Of a DNA stretch of 64,000 bases, positions 39,781-47,981 are shown in pieces. Numbering within the stretch: position 1 is the stretch's first letter; every line of letters starts with the position of its first letter. The position numbers and the translations under genes are program-made. The stretch comes from a virus: positions 32,001 through 96,000 of IMG/VR virus record IMGVR_UViG_3300017917_003893. One strand, given 5' to 3'. A model generated the notes under the pieces. That model was given only the letters and a program-made list of their open reading frames with translations, ran no database searches and was not told the origin of the DNA.

Positions 39781-40513
39781 TATTATAAAAGATTTCAAAC
39801 AAAGAGGTGATATTATTAAAATTTATGATTGGATGAAAATTAATAAGAATCTAAATAATTTTGATAAGAAACAAGTTTCTATGAAAAATAATTCAGGCAT
39901 TGGTACTGCTTTTAATATAGATGTTACAAGCATTGTTACTAGTACACTTATCAATGAATTAAATCAAGATTTAATTAGAACTATTTTGAAATCAATGTTT
40001 AATACTCAAAATTTTGATTATTTAGATTTAAGACCAGATGGTTCTCTAATGACTGGTAGAGTTCATCTTGAGAGGTTAGTACAAATGATTTATCAAAGCG
40101 GTTATAAAAATGTTATCACAACTGGCATGATAGCTTCTGAACTTATGGATAGTGCTTACTTTTTATCCAATGGGTTTAAAAATGCTAGTATGAGTGCTAC
40201 TTCAACATTTTATAATTCAGGTAGTTTAAATGGTGTTAAAGTTTGGGTTGATCCATATATGAAATTTAACGATGGTAGATTATGTCTGTTCAATGAGGTT
40301 GATATCAACATTGAAGACGTTGACTTAGTTGAATTTATTGACCCAGTTGATGCACAGTCCACATTCAAGATTCAGTATAAATCCGACTTTATTGTAAATG
40401 ACTCTAAATTAATATTTGTAATTGAGAATGAAAACTCCGAGGCATATATTCAATATAAGTCGTTACAAAGAGATATAAAAATAGATAATATTTTAGATGG
40501 CAAATCTTTCTAA
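39773..40513 (+). CDS. Truncated major-capsid-protein paralogue
   Basis: LINELNQ, ITTGMIASELMD, GSLNGVKVWVDPYMKFNDGR align with MCP LVNELSQ, ITNGGLAAALQD, GSIGDISIYVDPYMKYNDNR. Confidence 0.75.
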   Translation: MNNIIKDFKQRGDIIKIYDWMKINKNLNNFDKKQVSMKNNSGIGTAFNIDVTSIVTSTLINELNQDLIRTILKSMFNTQNFDYLDLRPDGSLMTGRVHLERLVQMIYQSGYKNVITTGMIASELMDSAYFLSNGFKNASMSATSTFYNSGSLNGVKVWVDPYMKFNDGRLCLFNEVDINIEDVDLVEFIDPVDAQSTFKIQYKSDFIVNDSKLIFVIENENSEAYIQYKSLQRDIKIDNILDGKSF

Positions 40514-40715
40514 TACATTTCAAATAAATAGTACCTGTGGTTCAAGTGCTTTAACGATTGATTCTGATGGTAATACGGTTGTAAATAAGCTGGTTCTTTT
40601 GGATGAAAAAACAGGAAATAAATGGGAAGTTAAAATATCGCATGGTGAACTAGTGGTTGAGCCTTTAGAATTAGAAGATAAAAGAGAATTTAAATTAAAT
40701 AAAATATTGAAATGA
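40497..40715 (+). CDS. Small hypothetical protein ending REFKLNKILK
   Basis: 72 aa ORF coupled within operon. Confidence 0.6.
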   Translation: MANLSNTFQINSTCGSSALTIDSDGNTVVNKLVLLDEKTGNKWEVKISHGELVVEPLELEDKREFKLNKILK

Positions 40716-41257
40716 AATACACAGTCTCAGTTTATGGCTATGGAGCCGAAGTAACTATTGGTTCTGTTAATGAAGAATTAAAACAGATACTAAGTAATCC
40801 AGAAAAAGAGTTGATAGATATTGTCACTGAAGATATTGAAGATTTTGGTAGTTGGTATGAAATAGATGACCAATATCACAAATGGAGTGCCGCTGGAAAT
40901 TTTACAATTTTAGTTGAAGATGAAAATGGAAACGAAGTTTGTAAAATAGATTCAGAAAATATGCACAAACATGATACAGATAATTTTGAATTAGTAGAAT
41001 ATGATTGTATAGAAGTTGATGATTCTAAAGATTTGTTAATGTGTGTAGCCTATGAAAAAGGTTCATTTTTTGAAGGAGATATTGAAACTGATAGATTTGA
41101 AATATCAAAGTTAAAAATTAAAATAGATGGTGAGATAGGTATTGAAGAATGTTACTTTGGTGATATTATATCTGGTATCTATTATGATGATGAAGAAGTT
41201 GATAACTATGGTGGTGGTACCGATGGTAAATCATTTGAAGTTTATAAGAACTTTTAA
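40712..41257 (+). CDS. Acidic hypothetical protein
   Basis: 181 aa; ATGA overlap. Confidence 0.65.
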   Translation: MKYTVSVYGYGAEVTIGSVNEELKQILSNPEKELIDIVTEDIEDFGSWYEIDDQYHKWSAAGNFTILVEDENGNEVCKIDSENMHKHDTDNFELVEYDCIEVDDSKDLLMCVAYEKGSFFEGDIETDRFEISKLKIKIDGEIGIEECYFGDIISGIYYDDEEVDNYGGGTDGKSFEVYKNF

Positions 41258-41261
41258 AAAG

Positions 41262-41292
41262 AAAAAACCTCAGAGAAATCTGAGGTTTTTTT
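41262..41292. terminator. Bidirectional terminator
   Basis: A6-CCTCAGA-gaaa-TCTGAGG-T7. Confidence 0.8.
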
Positions 41293-41299
41293 ATTTATT

Positions 41300-41764
41300 T
41301 TACTCTTCAGTATATATTTTAGCTGAGAACTTTGGTGACTTATAATCAACATCAGTTGTGTTTGTAACACAACTATCATCATCAGCCTCACCACTCTTTA
41401 CTATTCTCAAAGCCTCCTGCTCATTTTTTGCTTCTATGATATATTCACGATATGCTCTTACTGGATAATCAATAGTTACTATATAAGTTTCATTGCTTGA
41501 TTGACCTTCATTAGTGCCTTCTAATTCTTCAATTGCATCAATTTTATCTTCAATCTCAGCAGGACTTAAATCATCCATCTTACGAGTTACTTTATTGAAT
41601 TTATATCTTGAGTTAGCAAAATTCTTTTGATACTCATCAGAATTAGGCTTATTTTGTCTATTCATTTTCTTTAGTTCATCTTTCTCAGAATCTGCTGAGA
41701 AATCCTTAAAGTTTACTACTTTTCTATTTACATTGAATGTAGGTTGATTATCTTTATAAGTCAT
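41300..41764 (-). CDS. Hypothetical late protein
   Basis: TAATATATA at 41785-41793 (-). Confidence 0.6.
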   Translation of the reverse strand: MTYKDNQPTFNVNRKVVNFKDFSADSEKDELKKMNRQNKPNSDEYQKNFANSRYKFNKVTRKMDDLSPAEIEDKIDAIEELEGTNEGQSSNETYIVTIDYPVRAYREYIIEAKNEQEALRIVKSGEADDDSCVTNTTDVDYKSPKFSAKIYTEE

Positions 41765-41872
41765 TTTATAGAATTACTTTTTTGTATATATTAAATTCAA
41801 TATTTCATTTATTTTATTTCAGAGACCTGGTTTTTTATATATACTTATGATGAAAACAAAAATCAAAAAGTA

Positions 41873-43219
41873 ATGTATAATAAAGACATGAGTAAGTTAA
41901 TAACACTAAATGGTAATAATGACCAAGAATTATTGAGTTCTATATTCGACAATGAAATAGTAGTATTTGAAGATGTACAAGGCTCAAAGATATGGGTTAA
42001 TTGGGATGGTAAAGAGTTTACTATAAAACCTAAATCAATGAATAGCGATCCTATAAATTTAATTGATTTGGCTATGCAAAACTATTATAATCCAGCAATT
42101 ATTTTTTTTAATTCACTTGATGTTAGAGTTAAGTCTTTATTGAATAAAAAATGGTGGTTTTGTTTTGAATATTTTCCTGATAATCAACCAGCTAATATTG
42201 AGTACTCTAGAGTTCCAAAAAATAATTTAGTTTTAATTACAGTTAATAAATCTGGAAAATATGATTTTGGTGTTGATGAACTAGATGAATATGCTAGACT
42301 TTTTGATGTGGATATGTTGCCTATTGTTTTTCAAGGTAAATTGACCGAAAGAATGATAGAGGCAATTAGATATTTTATAAACACAAGTGAAGAGGATTTA
42401 GAATATGTTTTTGGTGAAAAATCATTTGCTTTTTTCTTTTATAAAATATTGAATCCTAGTTCAAAGAATTCATTTTTAATGGAAACTGATGATTTTCAAA
42501 ACAATGTAGAAAAATTAATAGTTAGAACTGCTAAAGGTGATATTTCATTTGAAATATTAAATCCTTTATATAAAAGAATAAGTGATAATAATTCAACAGA
42601 ATTTGTTGAGATATACACTTTAATTCTAGTTAATTTCTTGAATTTCTGTCAATCATTTAACTTAGAAGAAATTAAGTTAAAGGGTGATAAAAGAGATGAG
42701 GTTTATATTTATTTAATGTCTAAGTTATTTAATGTTTATGTATCTGAGGTTAAGCAAGATTTATTAGACTTTGAATTTATAGTTCCTGAATTTTTCGACA
42801 AAGAGAAGTTTAAGATTAATATTGAATTAATACCAAATAAATTAACTAAAGACTATATTAAAGAATCAGATAAATTAGAATATATTTTCAAAGTTATTTT
42901 AGGCTCATTTAATAAAAAAAGAAAGAAGCCAATTGGTGTATTTACAGAAAATACAGTTATTCTTTTCAATGGATTTGTAACTGATATTAATAATTATATT
43001 GATAAATATTTAAATAAATTACACGAAGTTGAGTTAACAAGAGCTGGTCTTTTAGACTTTGGTGATTTCTTTGAAATTCAATATGATACAGACGGTGAAG
43101 GTGAAGTTTATCCAGATGTTTATACTGAATTTGAAAAAGGAGTTCCTTCTGATAAGAAGAAAAAAGGAAAAGGTGGTAAAATGTTACCAGTTGAAGAAAC
43201 GCCTAAATCTCCTAAATAA
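41873..43219 (+). CDS. RNA-ligase-like nucleotidyltransferase fold lacking catalytic Lys
   Basis: FEDVQGS (for EKxDGS), FCFEYF, LPIVFQG, VEKLIVR. Confidence 0.5.
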   Translation: MYNKDMSKLITLNGNNDQELLSSIFDNEIVVFEDVQGSKIWVNWDGKEFTIKPKSMNSDPINLIDLAMQNYYNPAIIFFNSLDVRVKSLLNKKWWFCFEYFPDNQPANIEYSRVPKNNLVLITVNKSGKYDFGVDELDEYARLFDVDMLPIVFQGKLTERMIEAIRYFINTSEEDLEYVFGEKSFAFFFYKILNPSSKNSFLMETDDFQNNVEKLIVRTAKGDISFEILNPLYKRISDNNSTEFVEIYTLILVNFLNFCQSFNLEEIKLKGDKRDEVYIYLMSKLFNVYVSEVKQDLLDFEFIVPEFFDKEKFKINIELIPNKLTKDYIKESDKLEYIFKVILGSFNKKRKKPIGVFTENTVILFNGFVTDINNYIDKYLNKLHEVELTRAGLLDFGDFFEIQYDTDGEGEVYPDVYTEFEKGVPSDKKKKGKGGKMLPVEETPKSPK

Positions 43220-43419
43220 TGAAATCTGTTAATCTTAATATAAAATCTGTCGAGGTAAAAGCAAGTGTAAGACCACTTAGAACTAAGTGGACTCGTGAAA
43301 TGGTCAATGATATACAAAGCCTTAGTGATATGGATTTAAGTTCTTTTGAGAGATATTTTACAAAAGAGTTAAGAAGAGAAAATAGGAAAAATTCTATAAA
43401 TAAAATCTTTAAAAAATAA
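43219..43419 (+). CDS. Mini-protein resembling a T4-type MCP segment
   Basis: IKSVEVKASVRPLRTKWTREMVNDI resembles gp23-family IEK..V.AKSR.LKA.[YW]T.E..QD. Confidence 0.55.
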   Translation: MKSVNLNIKSVEVKASVRPLRTKWTREMVNDIQSLSDMDLSSFERYFTKELRRENRKNSINKIFKK

Positions 43420-43450
43420 AAACATAGAACCGTTTTCGAGGTATAATTGT

Positions 43451-44689
43451 ATGACGGTTTCGAGTGTAGTTAAATTAAGTGATATTGAATCATACTCTTC
43501 AATTAAGAAGAGCTTAGAAAATAAAAAGTGCAGTTTACAGTTTCTTCCATTATCTATGGAGTCCTTATCCAAGGAAAAGAATTTTACCTATAAAGGTCAA
43601 AAGTTAAAGACATCATATCTTATTGATATAGTTCACAATCTTATATTAAAATACTATTTTAAGAAAGAGAATAAGTTTCATCTTATGTCTCCAATATTAA
43701 AAGAAAAGTATGGTTATTTATATAATTATTATATGGACTATCTTATTGAGAATAAGGTATTAATTTTACTATCTAAGCATCAAAAAGGTAAAAGTTCAAG
43801 AGTATATGCTATTAATGAGTTTATATTAAGAGGTACTATAATTCGATATAATAATTTTGACAAAGTTTTATTAAAAAAATACAAGAGTAAAGTTTCTCAA
43901 CTTAAAGAAGAAACTAAGTTTGAAAATTTACTGATTGATAATGATATTAAAATCAAACTTGTTGACGATTTGTTCAAGATTCAAATAGAATTTGATAGGT
44001 CTATATTCTATTTAGATTCACTAAAAGGAGATGATGTTGATATTTACAATAGAAATAAATATTCCGTTGAGTGTATAAATGATAAACACATATTCTATCA
44101 CTTTGATAACTATGGTAGAATGCACACAAACTTTACTATCCTAAAGTCTTTCATCAGAAAGAACTGTTTACTTATAAATGGTGAAGAAACACATGAGATT
44201 GATATTAAAAATAGTCAACCTTTGTTCTTAGCAAAGTTAATTAAGGATTCTGGAACTAAGTGGGTCAATGAAGATGAGTTTGAATTATTCAAAGACTTAA
44301 CGCTTAGTGGTAAGTATTACAACTACTTTATGGATTCTTGTGGTATTTCTGATAGAAATACTGCTAAAGAGTATACATATAAAGTTCTTTTTGGTAGAAA
44401 TGGTTCAAATAGTAAAGCAGATAAAATGTTTATTAAATTATTTCCCACTATACACAATTTTATCAAATTATATAAAAAAGAAAATGGTGATTATAAAGTT
44501 CTTGCCTATGAGTTACAGAAATCAGAAAGTAATCTTATATTTAACAAGATAATTAGACAAATTATGACATTATATCCTGAAATTAATTTAGTAACTGTAC
44601 ACGATAGTATAATTGTTCAAAGGTCTTATAAAGACTCTGTTTGGGCTATATTTCAGACTAAACTTTATGAAGAGTTTGGACTTATTTAA
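43451..44689 (+). CDS. Family-A polymerase-palm-like protein without exonuclease domains
   Basis: GRMHT, EIDIKNSQP, RNTAKEYTYKVLFG, LQKSES, TVHDSI; start may be M at about 43556. Confidence 0.65.
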   Translation: MTVSSVVKLSDIESYSSIKKSLENKKCSLQFLPLSMESLSKEKNFTYKGQKLKTSYLIDIVHNLILKYYFKKENKFHLMSPILKEKYGYLYNYYMDYLIENKVLILLSKHQKGKSSRVYAINEFILRGTIIRYNNFDKVLLKKYKSKVSQLKEETKFENLLIDNDIKIKLVDDLFKIQIEFDRSIFYLDSLKGDDVDIYNRNKYSVECINDKHIFYHFDNYGRMHTNFTILKSFIRKNCLLINGEETHEIDIKNSQPLFLAKLIKDSGTKWVNEDEFELFKDLTLSGKYYNYFMDSCGISDRNTAKEYTYKVLFGRNGSNSKADKMFIKLFPTIHNFIKLYKKENGDYKVLAYELQKSESNLIFNKIIRQIMTLYPEINLVTVHDSIIVQRSYKDSVWAIFQTKLYEEFGLI

Positions 44690-44713
44690 GAATAAATTTA
44701 AAATATATAAGAT

Positions 44714-44866
44714 ATGAAAATGTTCTATTTAACCGTTAACGGAAACAAGAAAGATGTTATATCTAAGGTCATGACAGAGACATTAGAACAAGCAGTTGTT
44801 TACTTCTCGGAAATTAAAAATCTGTCAATTGATGCTCTACTAAAAATCTATACCATTACTGAATAA
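44714..44866 (+). CDS. Small hypothetical protein, 50 aa, not in ORF track
   Basis: ATG 44714 to TAA 44866 (MKMFYLTVNG...KIYTITE), preceded by AAATATATA. Confidence 0.6.
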   Translation: MKMFYLTVNGNKKDVISKVMTETLEQAVVYFSEIKNLSIDALLKIYTITE

Positions 44867-44894
44867 GTGTTGTATATTTTTAATATATACAATT

Positions 44895-45434
44895 ATGATT
44901 GGATTAGAACATCAAAATGCAACCTTCATCTTACTATCTTCAAAAAGACTTGAAGATATGATTTCTATACTTTATGCTAAAGAATATACAGTTGTGCCAA
45001 TAAAGGGTTACTACAGAGGTCAGTTTGAAGACTCTGTTATGGCTTATGGTATGGTTGATAATGATACTTTAAGAAAAGATGTACTTTTTCTACTTAATCA
45101 TTTTGATGAAGAGTGTGCTATAATAAAATATCAAGGAGAATCTAATGCTAAAAAGATATTTAAAGATGGTTCTGAAAAACCACTTGGTATAGTTATGTAC
45201 AATACAGATGCTGACAATATGTCTTATCTATACAATGGTACTTCATTCTCATTCGTAGAGTCTAAGAGATATTGGAAGCCAACTAAGAAAGAAGATTTTA
45301 GAGTAGGTATGTTAGTTGAATACTTCAACAATAATAAATGGTATGAAAAACTTGTTGAGAATCCTAACGATGAATATGAAAAACTTTATAAGTTACTTAT
45401 AAAGTATGATAAAGTTAGAGTTGCTTCTAAATAA
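44895..45434 (+). CDS. Hypothetical protein
   Basis: TAATATATA at 44881-44889. Confidence 0.65.
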   Translation: MIGLEHQNATFILLSSKRLEDMISILYAKEYTVVPIKGYYRGQFEDSVMAYGMVDNDTLRKDVLFLLNHFDEECAIIKYQGESNAKKIFKDGSEKPLGIVMYNTDADNMSYLYNGTSFSFVESKRYWKPTKKEDFRVGMLVEYFNNNKWYEKLVENPNDEYEKLYKLLIKYDKVRVASK

Positions 45435-46203
45435 TTTCAAACCAATTTATTATTTTATGCCAATTTGGTGTTTCTTTTAAGAAGTATCTCATATCATTTG
45501 GACAATTTATTACATTCAATCCGTTTTCAGTTTTTTGAACATTTCTCATCATAATAATCTTATTTGATTTAATATAAGGAGAAGTTATAACATTTATTCC
45601 GTTAATATTTCCAGTTACAACACCGTTATTACTAGACACAATCATTCCATTAGATAATAGAAGATATTTATAAGCATCTAAACCAACTATAATTGTATTA
45701 GCTGGTCCGGTTCTACCTGATGATGCTATTAAGCTACTAACCATCATTATTCTAGTTATCACTCTTCTCGATAAAGCTATTTCGTTTTCAGAATCTGTTA
45801 AGTTAGAATCTTTTTGATAAATAACATTTAGATTTTGAGGAACACCCATTGGGTTTGATGTTAGTGTCTCTAATGTTTTCATAATATCTGTATAGATATC
45901 TGTTAAATCTAAATAGGTTTTACCTTGAACATTAATAGAATTTATTTTAGGAGAAATAACTGACATATAACCTTCATTATCCAAAGGGTTTGAAAATGTT
46001 TCTCTGTTCTTGAACTCTTCTACTTTACCATCAACGATAGCGTCAATAGCAAGATCTCTATTCTTTCTTTTTAATTCTCTTTGATATTCTTCGTTTGGTT
46101 CTTCAATCCAATCCATATATGTCATTACAACTTGAGGTAAAGAAGGTTTGGTAGATTCTACATAATTACAGATAGCAATTAAGTCATTATTAGAAATTAT
46201 CAT
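45427..46203 (-). CDS. Degenerate major-capsid-protein paralogue
   Basis: RRVITRIMMVSSLIASSGRTGPA vs MCP RKLITKIAHASNFIATEGRVGPA; VISPKINS vs VIGPKISS; start chosen at MIISNND. Confidence 0.75.
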   Translation of the reverse strand: MIISNNDLIAICNYVESTKPSLPQVVMTYMDWIEEPNEEYQRELKRKNRDLAIDAIVDGKVEEFKNRETFSNPLDNEGYMSVISPKINSINVQGKTYLDLTDIYTDIMKTLETLTSNPMGVPQNLNVIYQKDSNLTDSENEIALSRRVITRIMMVSSLIASSGRTGPANTIIVGLDAYKYLLLSNGMIVSSNNGVVTGNINGINVITSPYIKSNKIIMMRNVQKTENGLNVINCPNDMRYFLKETPNWHKIINWFEII

Positions 46204-46951
46204 ATTTATTCTTCCATCCAATTTTTGGCATTTGGTTTAATATAACCTTCTGTAATTGTTCTTTATTCATAGTGGATGTTTTTTGTAACAATTGTAGATT
46301 TCTTTGATACCACTTCATGTCAGGTTGAACTCTTTCGTGGTATAAATGAAAGCATCTTGCTTGTAGTTCGGTCCAAGTTAAAAAGTTTTTAACTTTCATA
46401 GTTTGAAAATCATCTTCTCCACCCCAACCAATGAAGTCTTCATTCCAACCACCAATCTTTTGAATAGCTTCTCTTCTAAACATTGCTATACCACCAGAGA
46501 TGTTAATTTTTTGATTATCTGTTTCTCCTCTACCTGGTCTATTTATACTAATCATTTGTTCTAATTGTAGATTACTTTCTTGTTGGGTTAAATCTACAAC
46601 TGAATGATACGGACTCACCATATCATAACTTTGTAAAGCGTTTAAACCAGCTATGAATTGATTAGGTTCCATAATTAAATCAGAATCACCAAAAACAATA
46701 ATATTTGAGTTTGCCCATTTCATTGCTACATTAAATGCCCAGGATCTGTTGTAGGGCATATCTGATTTTGTAAATATGTGTTTGGCTTTTAAGTTTAGGT
46801 GAGATATTTTAGAGTGAGTATCTTGTTCAATTAGTAGCACTTCAACTCCTCCAAATCCGTTAATCCAATCGAGAACTCTTCTTAAATTTTGTAATCTTTC
46901 TAGATTGTGTCTATAACCTATTACATAGGTGAATGAATAGTTTGAACTCAT
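46190..46951 (-). CDS. Glycosyltransferase (GT2/GT7-like)
   Basis: YNRSWAFN, DSD, GGWNEDFIGWGGEDDF. Confidence 0.88.
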   Translation of the reverse strand: MSSNYSFTYVIGYRHNLERLQNLRRVLDWINGFGGVEVLLIEQDTHSKISHLNLKAKHIFTKSDMPYNRSWAFNVAMKWANSNIIVFGDSDLIMEPNQFIAGLNALQSYDMVSPYHSVVDLTQQESNLQLEQMISINRPGRGETDNQKINISGGIAMFRREAIQKIGGWNEDFIGWGGEDDFQTMKVKNFLTWTELQARCFHLYHERVQPDMKWYQRNLQLLQKTSTMNKEQLQKVILNQMPKIGWKNKYDNF

Positions 46952-46995
46952 TAATGAATATTATTTTTTATTTATATTAAATATAATGAGTTTGT

Positions 46996-47610
46996 TTATA
47001 CTATATATGTTTTCCATTTATCATCTAATTCATCAAAATCAAACTGATATTTAAACATCTCAAAATCATCTTCCCAATAGCTATTTATATCGTGATTCCA
47101 TAGTAAGCACTTTTTAAGAGGATCTTTACCTCCATACTTTCTTTTAAACCAATTGTATGGATTATTTGGAATATTACATTCAATATTATTAAATGTGTGT
47201 CTTTTTAGAGGATATATCTCTTTTTCGGTTAGCTCTGATAGTCTACCATATGTTTCATCTTCAGTTCTTTCTAGAAAGAATATATCCACTCTTGGTTTGT
47301 AAATACTATACTCACCCTCATGTACTCTATATAATCTAGCATCAACATTAGAAAACGTCACATTAAGATTCATGTCTATGTTAAGAAAGTTTTCCAATTC
47401 ACTCCAAGGTATACATATGTCTATATCATCATCCCAAGGTATAAATCCGCCGTGTCTTATAGATCCAATTAGTGTTCCATATCCTAACCAGTATGTTATA
47501 TTGTTTTTTTCTAACTCATATATTAAGTCTTTGAGTATTCTCAAAGACTCTCTTTGTCTATTCACTAAATCAAAATCACATATTTCCTCAAGTTTAGTAT
47601 TTATGTTCAT
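46996..47610 (-). CDS. licD: LicD-family phosphotransferase
   Basis: YWLGYGTLIGSIRHGGFIPWDDDIDI. Confidence 0.9.
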   Translation of the reverse strand: MNINTKLEEICDFDLVNRQRESLRILKDLIYELEKNNITYWLGYGTLIGSIRHGGFIPWDDDIDICIPWSELENFLNIDMNLNVTFSNVDARLYRVHEGEYSIYKPRVDIFFLERTEDETYGRLSELTEKEIYPLKRHTFNNIECNIPNNPYNWFKRKYGGKDPLKKCLLWNHDINSYWEDDFEMFKYQFDFDELDDKWKTYIV

Positions 47611-47981
47611 AGTATTTTTTTAATTTCCGTTGAACTTACATTTTCAGTTCTTTTTAAGTAGATAACTTTACAGTTTAAGTCATCAAATTTGCCTTTCCAA
47701 TCATCCCCAATTACAAATATGTCAATTTTGTAATTCTCTATGTCTGTATTTTTTTGTTGCCAGTTTTCTTCCGGTATTATCTCATCAATATATTTGATTG
47801 ATTCTAACCACTCTTTTCTTTTATCATAGTTGAACTTACTTTCTTTACCTTTTATTCTATTAAAGTTATCAGTTGATAGTCCAACAATAAGATAATCACC
47901 TAGTTCTTTAGATCTTCTCAAAAGTTCTAAATGACCATAATGAAATGTGTCAAAAGTTCCATACGTTATTACTTTAGTCAT
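47607..47981 (-). CDS. tagD: Glycerol-3-phosphate cytidylyltransferase
   Basis: VITYGTFDTFHYGH, GDDWKGKFD, RTENVSST. Confidence 0.92.
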   Translation of the reverse strand: MTKVITYGTFDTFHYGHLELLRRSKELGDYLIVGLSTDNFNRIKGKESKFNYDKRKEWLESIKYIDEIIPEENWQQKNTDIENYKIDIFVIGDDWKGKFDDLNCKVIYLKRTENVSSTEIKKIL

